Under the pieces are notes generated by a model, which searched no databases, was not told where the DNA came from, and saw only the letters and a program-made list of their open reading frames with translations. Position numbers and translations under genes: made by a program. A DNA stretch of 64,000 nucleotides, from positions 49,228,252 through 49,292,251 of the forward strand of contig NC_068993.1 of the NCBI RefSeq assembly GCF_001194135.2. Reading direction: 5' to 3'. This DNA is from Octopus bimaculoides. Its lineage: Eukaryota. This document shows positions 14,061 to 27,420 of the stretch, piece after piece; position 1 is the first letter of the stretch, and the number at the start of each line of letters is the position of its first letter.

Positions 14061-14404
14061 TTTTATTAAAAGTCGATGATAATAATAACACCTTTAAAGA
14101 CAAACGAAAGTGATTTAAATAGGATAACAAAGTACATAAATTAAAACTTATAATACTTATTTAACATGGAAAGAAGTCGATTGATGGATCTTAACTAATA
14201 GATACAATAAATTGTGCAAGTTGTAAAGACAGTTTATGGACATGTATATAATTCAACTCGCGTTTAAGATGCATTGTAAAAATATGAATTGATTCTAGTA
14301 ATTGGTGCTTTTATCAATCGCAGAAGGACGATGGGTAACGTTGAATTCAGCGTGATTTAAATTCAAAACGTTAAAGGAGCGCAAATAAATTCGACAAATT
14401 TATT

Positions 14405-14621
14405 GGACGATTTTGACGAAATTTCCTGGCTTTAAGGATATCACGAAAGGCCTAGTTGGAGGCCCAAACTTTCGAGTTCTTTTACAGGGCTTGGAAAAAC
14501 TGAAGTACCGCTGCAATAGGTGTATAATTCTGAGAGTGGAACATGATGGAAAAAATCCTAATTAACTGATCTTCCTGTATTTTCTTTTACCCAAAGCCAA
14601 GAACTTTTCAGCTCCTCTTCG
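14405..14621 (+). mobile_element. Internally deleted mariner (MITE), same family as 27223-27420
   Basis: Right TIR AAAGCCAAGAACTTTTCAGCTCCTCTTCG-TA; encodes GLEKLKYRCNRCIILRVEH, like a mariner C-terminus; left end degenerate. Confidence 0.75.
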
Positions 14622-15524
14622 TATGTATACACACAACACGCACGTAAATGCATATATATATATGTACATAGCTGTACCCTTGCAGTCATGTGGTACCATA
14701 ATAAATGCTACGTTTTCATATAATGCTACGCAACCCTTATTGATAAAGCCATACACAGTACCAACTACAAAGGTTTAAACTACACTTAGTAAAAAAAAAA
14801 AAACACTTCGGTGTGCTAATCAACTAATCTTTCTCAACTCTAGAGAATTGGTGCCACTTTCAGAAACCAGACTAAAGATCGAAATCATTCATTCATCCAT
14901 TCATTGTATTTCTAGAATATCAGTACAAACAAAACTTCAATATTAGATCAAAGAAGTAAAAATTTCACCTGTAATCTTCGAACTGAACTTATTTATCGTA
15001 TTTCTCAAGATTCCTGTCGCCTTAATGTCGAAGACCTCTTTCTACATTGCTTTAATTCAATCTTTTTTTTTTTTCAAGGCCTGCTGAGGCATAAATTCTT
15101 ATTGCTATGGTTTTATCGAATATTTTGCTCAGCAAATGTGTACCGTAAGCTAGTTTCGATTTGTAGATGGATTAACGTCATTTATTACTTATCTCTGTGC
15201 GGAGTTTGAACACTAAACACGAAAGATACCATTGTAAAAAATACTTTCTTTTCAAATGGTATATTCAAAATGCAACCGCTAAAAATATATCTACGTTAAG
15301 TTGTGCAGCAAACACGCGATTGCATACAGTCTTCCTTAAAATGATAACAAACACAAAGCTTTGTGTTAAGTTTCATATACCAGTTAAGCCATTTTATTTT
15401 ACTCCTTTCTCGTTCCAGTGGCTTCTGTGAACAGGTTGCGCTTACTCTTTGCACACATGGAGACGAAATCCTCAGTACCCACTCTACTTACCACCCAATA
15501 AGTTAGTGCGTGTGAATGTGTATG

Positions 15525-15650
15525 TGTGAAGGTTATGGTATTGGGCTTACAATCAGGAGACCGTGGGCTCTTTCTTGGACCTGGTTGCGTGTTGTGTACC
15601 CTTGGGCAAGGCACATAATTTCATGTTTTTTCAATCTACTCAGCTGGTGC
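15525..15650 (+). mobile_element. Degenerate tRNA-derived SINE head with CORE-like segment
   Basis: GTGTTGTGTACCCTTGGGCAAGGCACATAATTTCATG...CTACTCAGCTGG resembles the middle of 10468-10766 and 57940-58245. Confidence 0.45.
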
Positions 15651-16544
15651 TGTTCTCCCTCCTTCGAGCTGTCACATCTGCGACGTTCCACCGGATGAAG
15701 AGCGGGAGTACCGAGGCGATGTCTGCTCGCGACTGCATAAGCACCTTAAACAATTAGAGAAAGCGTGGTACCAGCGAGTGGCCGTTAAGCGTGAACGCAC
15801 GCACACACCACACATTCGCGCTCGCACTGTGTACGTGCTTGCGCGTTTAGAAGAGCAATTGTGGCCAACTAGTGCTGTCAGTTATATCATTTCACTATCA
15901 AGCTTCCAGTTTTGTCATATAAAAAGCTTTGCTTACTTCTCGCTCTCTGAACAGCATGTATATATATCTTCGTAATCCACAGATGTCAGTTTTTGTGAAT
16001 GATTAGGGAAATAGTTGTGACGAATAAGCCTCATTGTTAATATACATATTTATACGGGTGTCACGGATTTCCGATTCCATCACTCAGTGTGATAAATTTA
16101 TTACGCAAAATGCAAGCTTTATTTCAATATACACTCACACTTACTCATTCACACACACATTACTCACAACGCGCACTCGTTCATGCATATTCTCACGTAC
16201 TTGTATCCACACTAGCAAGGCAACGCACCGACTGTGTGCACATACACTCGATCACATGCGGTCACTCATACTCAAATACCTTTACAATTGTACTTTAGCT
16301 TCTCTTTTTTTTTTTTTCAAGAAACTACATCAGGGAGTATAAATAAACTCCAATGGTTTTGTTTTTTGTCTTTTATGTAATAACGAACGATTAAGTTAGC
16401 GTCAAATTACCCAAATCAAATCGAAATTTGTGCTTCTCTTTTTAAGGTAAAATAAGACAGCATTTTATCCAATCAGTGATATTGCCGTTTAGTTTACAGT
16501 ATCTTCTGCCATCTTGTGGGCAGATTCATTATTCTTTGCTCAAA

Positions 16545-17349
16545 GAATTTACCTTAGAAATCTGAAGGCGCAAGATGGGGCGAATATGGAGGGCCTGCAA
16601 AGAAGTGTGCAGTCTGGCATTGTCATGATGGAAGACAATACGCTTACAATTAGCAAGTTTTTGACATCTTTAGTGGATCGCCGCATTTAATTTGTCCAGC
16701 CGGTCCGCTGTACACATCCGATTGATGGTCTAGTCCGTACGAAGAAGCATTCTTCCAATCCCACCAAATTGAAAGACAATATTCTTCCAATCCCATCAAA
16801 TTGAAAGCATAACTGTCTCTGGGTGAAGCCCTGCTTTAGAGGTTGTTTGTGATGATTCGTCCCCCTTCTCCCATGATCGTTTGCGCTTAACGTTGTTACA
16901 GACCATCCATTTTTCGTTGAAAAAACAAGGGATTGATTTCTTCACGCATCTACAACGAATCACAGATGACATTCGTTGGGCTATGTTCTCCTCATTCAAT
17001 TGATTCGATACCCAAACATCGTGCCTGCTGACGTTGGTGCAGATAATTTTCAACTCTTGATTTGGATATTTTGAGAATATCTGTGAACATACTGGTCGTA
17101 TAACGGGGGTTGGTCTCGACTAACTCCTTCGCTTTATCGCTATTTATCGTAGTTGGTCGGTCAGAGCGAGGTGAATCTTGAATGGAAAATTTTCCCGATT
17201 GGAATCTTGAAAATCACTTCTGGTACGTACGTTCTATAGCAGCATCCTTTCTTGTACACAACACATATCTTCCTGCACGTTTGCGCTTCTTTCTTGCCTT
17301 TTATTTTTTAAGGCATAACGTGTCGATAATGCTCATGCTAGCTCTCCAT
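16545..17349 (-). pseudogene. Degenerate mariner (DD34D, Mos1/mellifera-like) transposase
   Basis: MES*HEHYRHVM (ATG at 17349), SRFQSGKFSIQDSPRSDRP, DVWVSNQLNE, EKWMVCNNVKRKRSW, KAGLHPETVMLSI, IVFHHDNARLHTS, PPYSPHLAPSDF; 32 bp tandem duplication at 16749-16807. Confidence 0.9.
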
Positions 17350-18570
17350 TTTCAGGCATACAAAATACATGTATCAGGTATCCAATGAGCACGCATGTAC
17401 AAAGGAAAAAAGCGAACAGCGTCAGGTATCTTAACTAGTATGAGCATGTAAAGGAAAGAAAGCGAACGGGTTTTTTGGTCCACCACCTACTAGATAAAAT
17501 GTCTGTTGCTTTAAATGGGGAAAGAAAATGAAAATCTTTTACGTTTTCTGTACAAAAGGAAATATAGGCTCTGCTAAGAATCGGTTTACTAAATGCTTAA
17601 CTTTATGGTACTGTTCAGTAACAAAGATTGCTTTTGATTAGGCACAAGCCATTGGATTTTATCAAATGAAAGGAAATGGGGTTGTGCAGTTTAATTTGCT
17701 TTCTTTAAGATAATTGTCGTGCAAGGGGAATCGGGAAATTATTTCGAGTTGCGGACTCAGTATGTTCTGAAGTGGCGAGTTAAGAGTTAGGATCAGCTTC
17801 AACAGGCCGCCTGACTTTAAAGTCGAAGCAAAGAGGGAAGTAGTGAAAGATTAAAAATAATTTCACTCTTCCACTTCTATCAATCCGCTGTCCGCATCAT
17901 TTCAGTAATTTTCAAAGTGTGTTCATATTCCTAGTTATCATTTTGAAATTGGGCATCTTTTCCTTTTTGGTAACATAAAGAAATAGTAATAAAAAAAAAT
18001 TACAAGGTTGAAATTTTAGCTTTTCTTTTTAGTCGTTGAAGTCTTCATTGTCGACATACCATAAGTCGCAGATTGTTTGTTTCATGGGATAGAAGAAAAC
18101 TTGAAATAACTACCAGTAGACATTAGTTGAGAAAAGAAAATTTTGACAGGTATTTAAGTTACATCAAATTCAGGCGGTCTAAACATGTGTTCAGTATGAT
18201 CTCTCATCATAAATATATTCACTAATCCCTCGGTGGAAGTACAAAGCAAACTTGATCATAGTGGAATTACGAGTCCGAACCTCATTTGATGTCACTTGTA
18301 GCAATAGCATGAACACTATAATGTTCATTTTCCTAGTATAAAATGAACAACATCGTGCTATGTAAAACTTACATTTTTCTTTTTTGCATAGACGGTGGGT
18401 CGCCGAACAAAATACGTTGCAAAGTTTATGTCTCTGCATTTTAATTTCAAACACATCCATGGTTAATAGAATAATTTACCAGTCAAGTACTGGAGTTGAT
18501 TTAATTAACCACAAGCACTTCCCCAATTTGTGTATTAATGTTTTCGTTTAGGCACCGAACAGCTTTTAAC

Positions 18571-20090
18571 AAGTGCAAGAATCCCTCCAGGCTCGATTTT
18601 TTATTGCCCGCAAGGGGCCAAACATAGAGGTTACACCTTACAAAGACAATGCAAAACATATAATCGAGGAAATAAAAATACAAAAAGAGATCGAGCAAGG
18701 ACGTAAAAATAATAAAGAAACGAATTAAATTATGAAAATGATAAAAATGAGGCGCAATGCCTGCTCGCAATCCCCGAAGTCAAGTGGTTACATTTAGACA
18801 TTATTTTGGACAGTTTTTTCCTCGTTTCCCCGCCTTTAAAAAAAAAAAGTGAACTTTTTTTTTTTTTATTGCTCATGTCATGTATTATATTTTTGTCTAA
18901 AATTTCTTAACTCTTCATATGCCACCACGGGCGGCAGGGTATCGTACAACACCGGCCCGTCAATCCACGAATACTTTCTATCTTTCTTCATTCAATAGAA
19001 CACACCTTTCATTCTCCTTGAATTTCTCCCTGGGCAGCTTTACCCTTACTAATCCATTCCACTTGGATATTCTCCTTTCCACCTCCACATTCTTTTACGT
19101 AGATCAAGAAATGTCTTGTCTAAATTTTTCCTCTCTTGATTCCGTCTCTACTGTATGCGTATGAAGTGCGAGAATCCCTCCAGGCTTGTTTCTTTATTGC
19201 CCACAAGGGACGCACCAAGATGGGACAATTCAAGATATGTGGGACATATTACAATTTAAAAATTAAAATGACAATATGAACGGAAAATGAAGACGAAAAA
19301 TGGAAATGGAATTACTCGCCCGCCTTACGAGCAGGCCCATTTTCTACCTTTTAAAACCTGATCCTTCTAACATATCAAAGCCCGTTTCCTTCAATAGACT
19401 ATCATAAGTTGTGAAACCTGGAAGCAAGTCGCAGTCCAACTCCTAAAAGCTATAACAGTCTTTAAAGCTATAACAGTCTCTTGTTCTTTAGTTGGTAACA
19501 CACACCTGTGAAACTCCATAACATTATCAAACCCAGCAATTGCAACTTCTTTAACGTCGTCCCATGACAACACTTCATTTAACAGTTCATTATTATATCC
19601 ATATAATATGTAGGCTTTGCACTTCCATTTTTTTTTTTTGACTTGGAGGAGGGGTTTTGAACTTCTTTGTGTGTGTTTGACTTTTTCTTTTGTTTTTGTG
19701 TCGGATGGGAATGGGTAGGTTTCGTGTCTGCAAGGGGAGAGTGAATGGGATGGGGCTTACAGTTCAAATCACTTGCTTTCTTCCTCTTCCTGTGGCCTTT
19801 TCCCGTTTATCCTCTGTTTCTGCTACTTCCACCTCCTTTCTGGGACTCTCTGGTTTCTCTTCTTAATACGACAACTTTAACGCGAAATAACTTTGAAAAC
19901 ACACAGTTCTCCTTCTGTGTCTCTCTTTGTGTGTGTGTTGGGCTTTTAACAAACATTTTGCTCCCTATCTTTATATTTGTCTGTCTTGTTCCTGTTTATC
20001 CCTCTCTCGCGTTGCACACTGAACTAGATGGGTATGCTGGAAGGTTCTTCCCTCCACCCTACCACTGGAACATCACGAATGCGTTATGAC
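18571..20090 (-). mobile_element. Possible highly degenerate non-LTR retrotransposon remnants
   Basis: Purine-rich minus strand with broken ORF1-like frames (WNGLVRVKLP, KVFVD) and two copies of a CCCTTG(T/C)GGGCAATAAA 3'-end motif (18571-18617, 19164-19210); no diagnostic RT motif seen. Confidence 0.25.
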
Positions 20091-21083
20091 ATTTGTAATC
20101 TCTAACCGTTAGAGTCTAACGAGTCTCAGTAGATCACTGCTTCATCAGCTCAATCTTCTGTAATATCGGAACATCAACATTCTATGCGAGAAATAAAATA
20201 ACTAAGAATGGCTATATCGTTTATATAATAAATCCTTCACACAGAGAATGAGAAAAATGAATCGATTGATTATATAAGGACAGTTTGATAATATTCCGCG
20301 GCGAAACTTCGAAGTCACTGTCAACATTTTAGAAATATTTGATTCTGTATTATGGGTTGCGTTAATGTTTGTTTTTCTTAGTCATTAAGAAAACATTAAT
20401 TATTACATAAAGTATCAACTTTACATTCTTTTACACTTGTTTGGAAATAAATGAATGAATAATTTAATCTTTCGTTTTCATTCTCTGTTCTATCCATCAT
20501 AATTATCTTTTTCCGTTTTCTTTCCTTCACTTATTCCATCCCTTCTATGTATTTCTGGTTTTATTTTAGTCTTCAGTTTTTTTTATTTTATTCTTTTTAG
20601 ATTAATACGGGATGAGCATGTGGGGGGGGGGGGGTTATTTCGCTTAGCAGGCAGCCTTGGCTCTCTCGTCGCGCGGACCATAACCTTCTTAGCATGTAAT
20701 TAACAGGAAAAATAAACCATTTCATGTTATTATCGCTTCTCCCACCATACTTTGTTTTTACGGACACGATATTTGTTTTAACAATGTAGGGTTTCCAGGG
20801 GGATTCAGCTGAGAAAGCTACGCTAAGTGTGTCTATGTAAACTTAAATCTTTGTTTCTATTCAGGGTGCATGGTTGTGTGTGTTTATGTGTGCAATGTCG
20901 ACGTTTCCATTAAGCATTCTATATCTCCTGCCTTAAGGACAAACCAGTCTATACAACAACACTCAAATAAACACAGGCACGCGTGTGCACTTTCGAATCC
21001 ACCCTAGAGTAGAGGGGAACACAATATCAGCACTCCCGAATTATCGAAGCATTCGATAGTTTTATACAGTGTTGCTCATAGTA

Positions 21084-21470
21084 GTGGAGGCGCAATGGCC
21101 CAGTGGTTAGGGCAGCGGACTCGCGGTCATAGGATCGTGGTTTCGATTCCCAGACCGGGCGTTATGAGTGTTTATTGAGCGAAAACACCTAAAGCTCTAC
21201 GAGGCTCTGGCAGGGGATGGTAGCAAACCCTGCTGTACTCTTTCACCACAACTTTCTCTCACTCTTACTTCCTGTTTCTGTTGTGCCTGTAATTCAAAGG
21301 GCCAGCCTTGTCACACAGTGTCACGCTGAATATCCCCGAGAACTACGTTAAGGGTACACGTGTCTGTGGAGTGCTCAGCCACTTGCACGTTAATTTCACG
21401 AGCAGGCTGTTCCGTTGATCAGAACAACTGGAACCCTCGACGTCGTAAGCGACGGAGTGCCAACAACAAA
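21084..21470 (+). mobile_element. Full-length family A SINE
   Basis: Highly similar to 9630-10018; 10 bp TSD GCTCATAGTA (21074-21083, 21471-21480). Confidence 0.92.
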
Positions 21471-21962
21471 GCTCATAGTACTGAATCATTCCACACTTTT
21501 ATACCTTTATGAACTGAGTGGTTGAGATTTAAATATGTTAGCTAGAGCTACAACGGATTCCAACTGCCGATTCTTAAGCTAGCTTATCAAATCCATTTCT
21601 CCGCATTATTCGCATCCGTGACAACAACTTATGGATAAACTTTATAGACTGTCGATAATTTTATTTTACTTTTTTTGTGGAAGGAACTGTACTTATGCCA
21701 TTTGCCAACATTCAGAGACCGGTGAGATCAACATGACTGATGTTTTTATTGACTGGTTGTAATCTCGACAGGTTGCTTGAGAAGTGAAAGAAACTCGGAG
21801 GCAGTGGCGGCTTGTGTATAGGCACTGCGGAACTGCAGCATCCCTTATTTTCATTCAATATTATCGATAACATTCAATATAATGAGTCGTTTATTTTTTA
21901 AATTGTTTGTTTTTACTTGTACATTATATAATCCTTAAGCTTAATATCAGTAGCCATACTCT

Positions 21963-23501
21963 CGTTCATGAAAAATTACAAAATGCCTTTAGTCCAGAAA
22001 ATCAGACTGCAGGTGGCATATCAAAACGTTTTCTAGAACAATTAGAAATAATCCTTCAAGGAAATGGACAAAAGCTGATAGTTCAGACATTTGATGGTGC
22101 AATGTCATGAAAGGCAAAAAAAAAAAGCAAACATAGAAACAGTTTATAGTAATGCACATCTCATTCACTGTTATGCACATCAATTTAATTTAATAATAAG
22201 TAATGCAGCAAGTATTACACGGAACGCAAGAATATTTTTCTTTAAAATTTTGGCTATTCCAACATTCTTTCCAAGATCACCATGACGTGTATCCATTCTC
22301 AAGAAGCATATAGACGTCAATATTCCACGCCCATCCTCTACAACGGGTTTTCAAACGTTTTGACTTGCGGACCCCTTTATATTTCAGGCTTTACCTTAGG
22401 GACCCCCTTATGAACGCTTATCAAATTTATACATAAATATTTGCTTAAAATAACATATATTTTTACATTTATTTATTTAACAGTATTTAACAAATAGGTT
22501 TATTGTCAATTAAAAGGTTTCGATTAAAAAACATATATAAAATCAAATTGCCCATAAAAAGTATTTGCTGTCCACGGACCCCCTGTCTTGTCCTTGCGGA
22601 CCACAGTTTGAAAACCCCTGCTCTACAAGGTGGAACTTTAACATACGGACCCTGAACAGAGTTCATGAAAATTTGCAACCTTTAAAAAGCTGCCTTACTG
22701 AAATTCATTCAACATCAAATGCAAGTTAGACCATAGCAGAAGTAACAGGAATTTTTAAATACTTGAATGGTGGTAATTTCATGTTTTGGTTAGATTTTTT
22801 TCATCAGATTATACCTCATGTTGAAGTAATTTACAACCAAATGCAATCTCGAGAAATTTAGTGTGTTTAAAGTCAATGAATAACAGATTTCAAAATTGCT
22901 ATTTTAGAAATAAGAAACTCGAAGTAGTACTGTGAGAATGCTTCAAAGACACTCATGGCAGAAACAAAGGAAGTGTGTGCCTGCATATGTGTTGATATAA
23001 TGGATAGATATTCTTCCACTAAACACTTAATAACTGCTAAATTATTGAACAAGAAAAGCTTCACTAATTTTAAGAATGAACTGTCTACAAAAGAGATAGC
23101 ACTGACCACTAAAGCATATCCCATTATTGACAAAGAAAATCTTGAAACTGAACTGAAAATATTCTATTGCAGATCCGATATGCATGAATATTGCAAATTA
23201 ATTGAGCTGCTGAAATTTATCTTGGAAAACAATTTAGATGGTGTTCTTAATGAAAATTACGAAATTGATAAAAATCCTCTTGACAGTTCCCATGACTACA
23301 TCAGAGGCAGAACGCAGCTTTGCAACACTGGAAAGAATAAAAACCTTTAAAAGGAGTACCATGAATCTTGAAAGACTAAATGCACTTGCAGTGTTTTCAA
23401 TAGAGAAAAATTTCTTTAATAGTCATCCAATGTTCAAGGAGAACATTGTTACCCCTTTCGCTCAAAGTAAAACGAGAAGAGTGGATTTCATTTTTAAATA
23501 A
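21963..23501 (+). pseudogene. hAT transposase pseudogene (ZMYM1/DUF4371-like), N-terminal part deleted
   Basis: KLIVQTFDGA, HCYAHQFNL (CxxH), RPSSTRWNF (restored by removing the MITE), FMFWLDFFHQIIPHV, TSEAERSFATLERIKTFKRSTMNLERLNALAVFSIEK (C-terminal dimerisation region); stops and frameshifts. Confidence 0.9.
22344..22620. mobile_element. Charlie-like hAT MITE (277 bp) nested in the hAT transposase
   Basis: TIRs C(AG)GGGTTTTCAAAC / GTTTGAAAACCCCTG; 8 bp TSD CTCTACAA (22336-22343, 22621-22628); subterminal (G/A)CGGACC repeats. Confidence 0.88.
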
Positions 23502-24019
23502 ATAGATCAAGCTTGAAACAATTTATTAATAGATAAAAAGCAATTTTTTCGTTTAGGGTTTTATCAAGTTTATGCTTAAATTTTCTTTTAATATGTGTGT
23601 TTCGTTTTACACAATATTAAAACAATGGCTAACATTTTTCTGAAGCAGCACCCCAACTAATTTTAACCACGAGCCGCCACTACTCGGAGGACTGTCCTTC
23701 TGGGAAGGAAAGACCATATAAGTGGTCAGTGTGGAGTTAGATTCGTGTACATGATATGAGTAACGAGAGAAAGAGAGATGAGTAAGCAGGGTAAAATGAG
23801 ATCGATCAGCTCTGAGTAGCAGAGTCTGCTTATAGTACAAAGAAAGAGTGAGGTATCAGACGGTCGTGAGTGTGCTAAAGATAACAGCTAAATCACCCTT
23901 AAATCACACAATTTTTTTTTTTTTTTTTGTATAATCGTATGAATTCCTCCGTGTAAAACACAAATGCGCAAAAATTTTCTGAAAATTCCAAAAAATAGAT
24001 AAGTCATGAGGGGTTAATG

Positions 24020-24235
24020 CAGGGTGCTCAAACTAGAATTCTGCCGTCTTATTTGTTGGTCTTGCTTTGTTAGAATTTCCTGTCCAAACTATTTCTGATT
24101 TCCTTGTACTTCTTTGGATTCCACTAATTACAATTGCTGCATAGTCTTCTGTATTCATCCTAAGGTGTTGCAAAAGAAAAACATATAAATTGAACCATTT
24201 TTATTAAAATAGTACCTGATTTTATGTCCACCCTG
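24020..24235. mobile_element. Possible Tc1/mariner-derived MITE
   Basis: Ends CAGGGTG...CACCCTG-TA; only 7 bp of TIR is clear and the left TA is mutated. Confidence 0.35.
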
Positions 24236-24739
24236 TATTCTAAAAGACCTTGCGGTACATTTCTATGGTGTGTTGAGCCCTTTTGATTACTACTTCCCCA
24301 AGCAGATGAAATTGCCGCGATTGGAATGATTTTCAGTAATAAGCCTACTTGATTAGGGTTTGACCTGGGGCTAAATAGCTACTCGTTCGTGTTTACGAAT
24401 ATATGCACTGAAACGGAGACGAATGCGCTCTTTTGCGAATATGAAAATATGCACATGAAAAATGTTGTTCACATTGACGAAAAGTAAATAAATTGTCCTT
24501 ATATATATATATAAAATTTATATGAACACGCATGCGCAAATGTAGAGGTGTGCATACAAAAGTTCATGTGCACACATGCATAACGTACTATATCTCCTTG
24601 CTTTTTCCCCCTATGCAAATGGACGAAACTTTACACATCCACCAACGAACACATAAGCGCGCACTCGGATGAATGCACACGCACTCATATTAAAAGCGCA
24701 CACAAACGAGGACTTGCAAAAGCTATCACCGCTCCATAC

Positions 24740-24767
24740 GATGAAAGAGAAAGAGAAAGCATCTTTC

Positions 24768-24803
<36 letters not shown>

Positions 24804-25250
24804 TCACTCTGTTCCTTTTTCTTTCCTTCTCTCACTGTTTCTTTCTCTTTCCCTCTCTTTCTTTGTTTCTTTCTTTCTTTCACACCGTCACTTGCACCCT
24901 CTAAGTCACGCGTTCTCTCTCATCGTCATTAGCCCCCTCTCACTGTTACTAGTTCCCTCTCTCTCTCTCTTTCTCTCAACTGTTCTCTCTCCCCCTCAAC
25001 GTTACAACCTCTTTCTCCCCCCCTCTTACCGTCACAAGCTCTCTCTTCTCTCTCTTACTGTCATAAGGTCTCTCTCCCACTCTCAGCCAAACGATCTGTT
25101 TCTCTTTCTTTCCCCTCCTTCAAGCTCTCTCTCTTTCGCCAGCACAGGTTCTCTTCTCTTTCTCTCACCCTCTCCATCTCTCTGTCAACCGCTCTCTTTC
25201 TTTCTTCCACATATGTTCTCACACTACACTCTCATAATGTCTTACACTCT
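24740..25250. repeat. (CT)n-rich low-complexity tract
   Basis: Degenerate CT/TC repeats over about 500 bp; a similar tract lies at 50560-51000. Confidence 0.9.
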
Positions 25251-25270
25251 TTAAAAAAAAGTGAACGTTC

Positions 25271-25307
<37 letters not shown>

Positions 25308-25409
25308 ATTCTGGTCTGACCTTTTCTCTTATACCTTACCCCTCTTTATTATTTTCCTTGCATAAAAATTTCCCCTTCTCACTTGGGCTCCATATTCTTA
25401 GAAGCAATA

Positions 25410-25845
25410 TGGTGACTTCACTGGTGCTTGTGGTACAAAAAAAAAAGTACCCAGTACATACTATAAAGTGGTTGATTTCAAGAAGGGCATTAAGGTGCTG
25501 AGGTGACAGAATCATTAGCATGCTGGACAAAATACTTAACAGCAATCCATCTGTCTTACGTTCTGAGTTCTAACTCCACTGTGGTTGACTTTGCCTTTCA
25601 TCCTTTCAGGATTGATAAAATAAGTTCCAGTTGAGCACTGGGGTTGATGTAATTGATTTATCCCTCTCCCTTGGACTTGTTGGCTTTTTGCCAAAATTTG
25701 AAATCGATATTAGGAAGGGCATCCAGCCACAGAAACTTTGCAGGCAAACACTTGAACACAATGCAGTACTTGGGCCCATTGGATCTTGTCAACCTATCCA
25801 ACCTATGCCAGCATGGAACAGAGATGTTAAATGACAATGATGAGG
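25410..25845 (+). mobile_element. Degenerate RTE-type 3' end (family C), interrupted by a family D SINE
   Basis: GAAGGGCATCCAGCC...CCAACCTATGCCAGCATGGAA...GTTAAATGACAATGATGA resembles 45779-46012 and 56812-57160. Confidence 0.65.
25491..25711 (+). mobile_element. Family D short SINE nested in family C
   Basis: GACTTTGCCTTTCATCCTTTCAGGATTGATAAAATAAGT core; GAAGGGCAT duplicated at 25482-25490 and 25714-25722. Confidence 0.8.
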
Positions 25846-26150
25846 ACTAATATTACAACACAATTATTGTTAGTTATGTTTCTAATGCCCTCTACGCTGC
25901 TACTATTGGTAATTCCGGCGTCAACTGTTGTTTGTGTGTAGTGTGCTATATAATATATTTCTAGTACACTCCTGTTCAATGCTGTTTCAATGATAATTAG
26001 TCAACAGCCTTCATTTACAGCAAAGCAATTTAATTCCACTTCTGGCACATCGAGTTAAAATACTTACCCATTACTCTTTGCTGACATTGTTATTTTTTTT
26101 GTTTTATTTTTTAGTGGATGATGTTGCTTGCTATTAATTTATTTTCACAC

Positions 26151-26195
<45 letters not shown>

Positions 26196-27222
26196 ATTAC
26201 TGTGAGGCAGGATTGGTGAAGTCTTTGGAGAGTTTGCCATAGCTAAAAAGTAATGTAACATACATTACTGAACTTAGTGTGATTGTTTATTTATGAGGAA
26301 GAGGGGGAGAGAAAGCAGAGTGATAAAGGGAAACTTCCAATGTGTTTTGAATTAACTATAATTTTGTAATTGTAATTTGGAAATAAAATATTTCCTGTGT
26401 GTAGGATTTCGGAATAGCTTTTCTTTCATGTATAAGTCAATTAGAAATCGTATTTTCTAAATACATAAATATACAGTATGTTTTGAATTTGAATTTTTTT
26501 TTTTCTTCTTAAGTAAATTAAAATATTGGCGAGGCTTTTAAATATCTGGGTTCTTTATATTCTTTTGATTTGAAATTCTAGAATGAAAAAGTATGCTGGT
26601 GTAATTAAAAATTTGATAATCAACAATCTGGTCCACAAATTTTTCCACATGTAATCAAGTAAATTGCAGATATACAGAAATATTCATTTATGCATGATGT
26701 CTAAATTCCACTAATTCCAAAACGACTCAGTAACAAATGTTTTATAATTTCTCAAATATCTTTCAATAGATGACTTCTGAAGTTTCATTTGAATCCCTGT
26801 CTTTACACTGTAAAGTATTAATTCTCTTGTACACGGAATATGTTTGTATGTTTTCCTTAATTTGTTCACATTGTTTATGCGAAGTAGAATTTCTTAGTTT
26901 GTCATTGATGAAACATGACTTTCCATGGGTGTGGACTGTTTGACATCTTTAGAATGTGTTACAGTTCTCACACACACCTCTTGTTTATAACAGAATTCAC
27001 TAGAGTGGTGAGATTGCTTATTTTTAATCCATGTCTCACTCTATGGCTTTTTGACAAAATGATTGCAAACGTTCTTTAATAATTCTTGTTTGCCATTTAC
27101 AATACATTACATAACATATAATTCAAAATATTAAATATACCATATTTTAAGCCTCAATTGTAATAGTTTGATATATTTTCAAATTATAGAGGACAGAATG
27201 AAGAAAATAATTATCAGATGTA

Positions 27223-27420
27223 CGAGGAGGTGCTGAAAAGTTCCCGGCTTTAAGGATATTAAGAAAGGTCTGATTCCCAACCTTCTGAGTTTTCTTACAA
27301 GGCCACAAAAAACAATTAGTGTGTGAATCTGAGAAGGAAATATGTTGCATACAATCATAATTAACTAATCCTCCTGTATTTTCTTTTACCAAAAGCCAAG
27401 AAATTTTCAGCACCCCCTTG
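27223..27420. mobile_element. Mariner-derived MITE (198 bp) with TA TSD
   Basis: TA-CGAGGAGGTGCTGAAAAGTTCCCGGCTTT ... AAAGCCAAGAAATTTTCAGCACCCCCTTG-TA. Confidence 0.88.

Larger units (their letters stand above)
21802..23682 (+). mobile_element. Internally deleted hAT DNA transposon with both ends
   Basis: TIRs CAGTGGCGGCTTGTG / reverse complement TAGTGGCGGCTCGTG (13 of 15 match); perfect 8 bp TSD CTCGGAGG (21794-21801, 23683-23690). Confidence 0.92.

Noticed and set aside
26068-26087. Minus-strand ATG...GG/GTAAGT mini exon (MSAKSNG)
   Set aside because: Only 20 nt; no convincing downstream exon; expected by chance at this scale.
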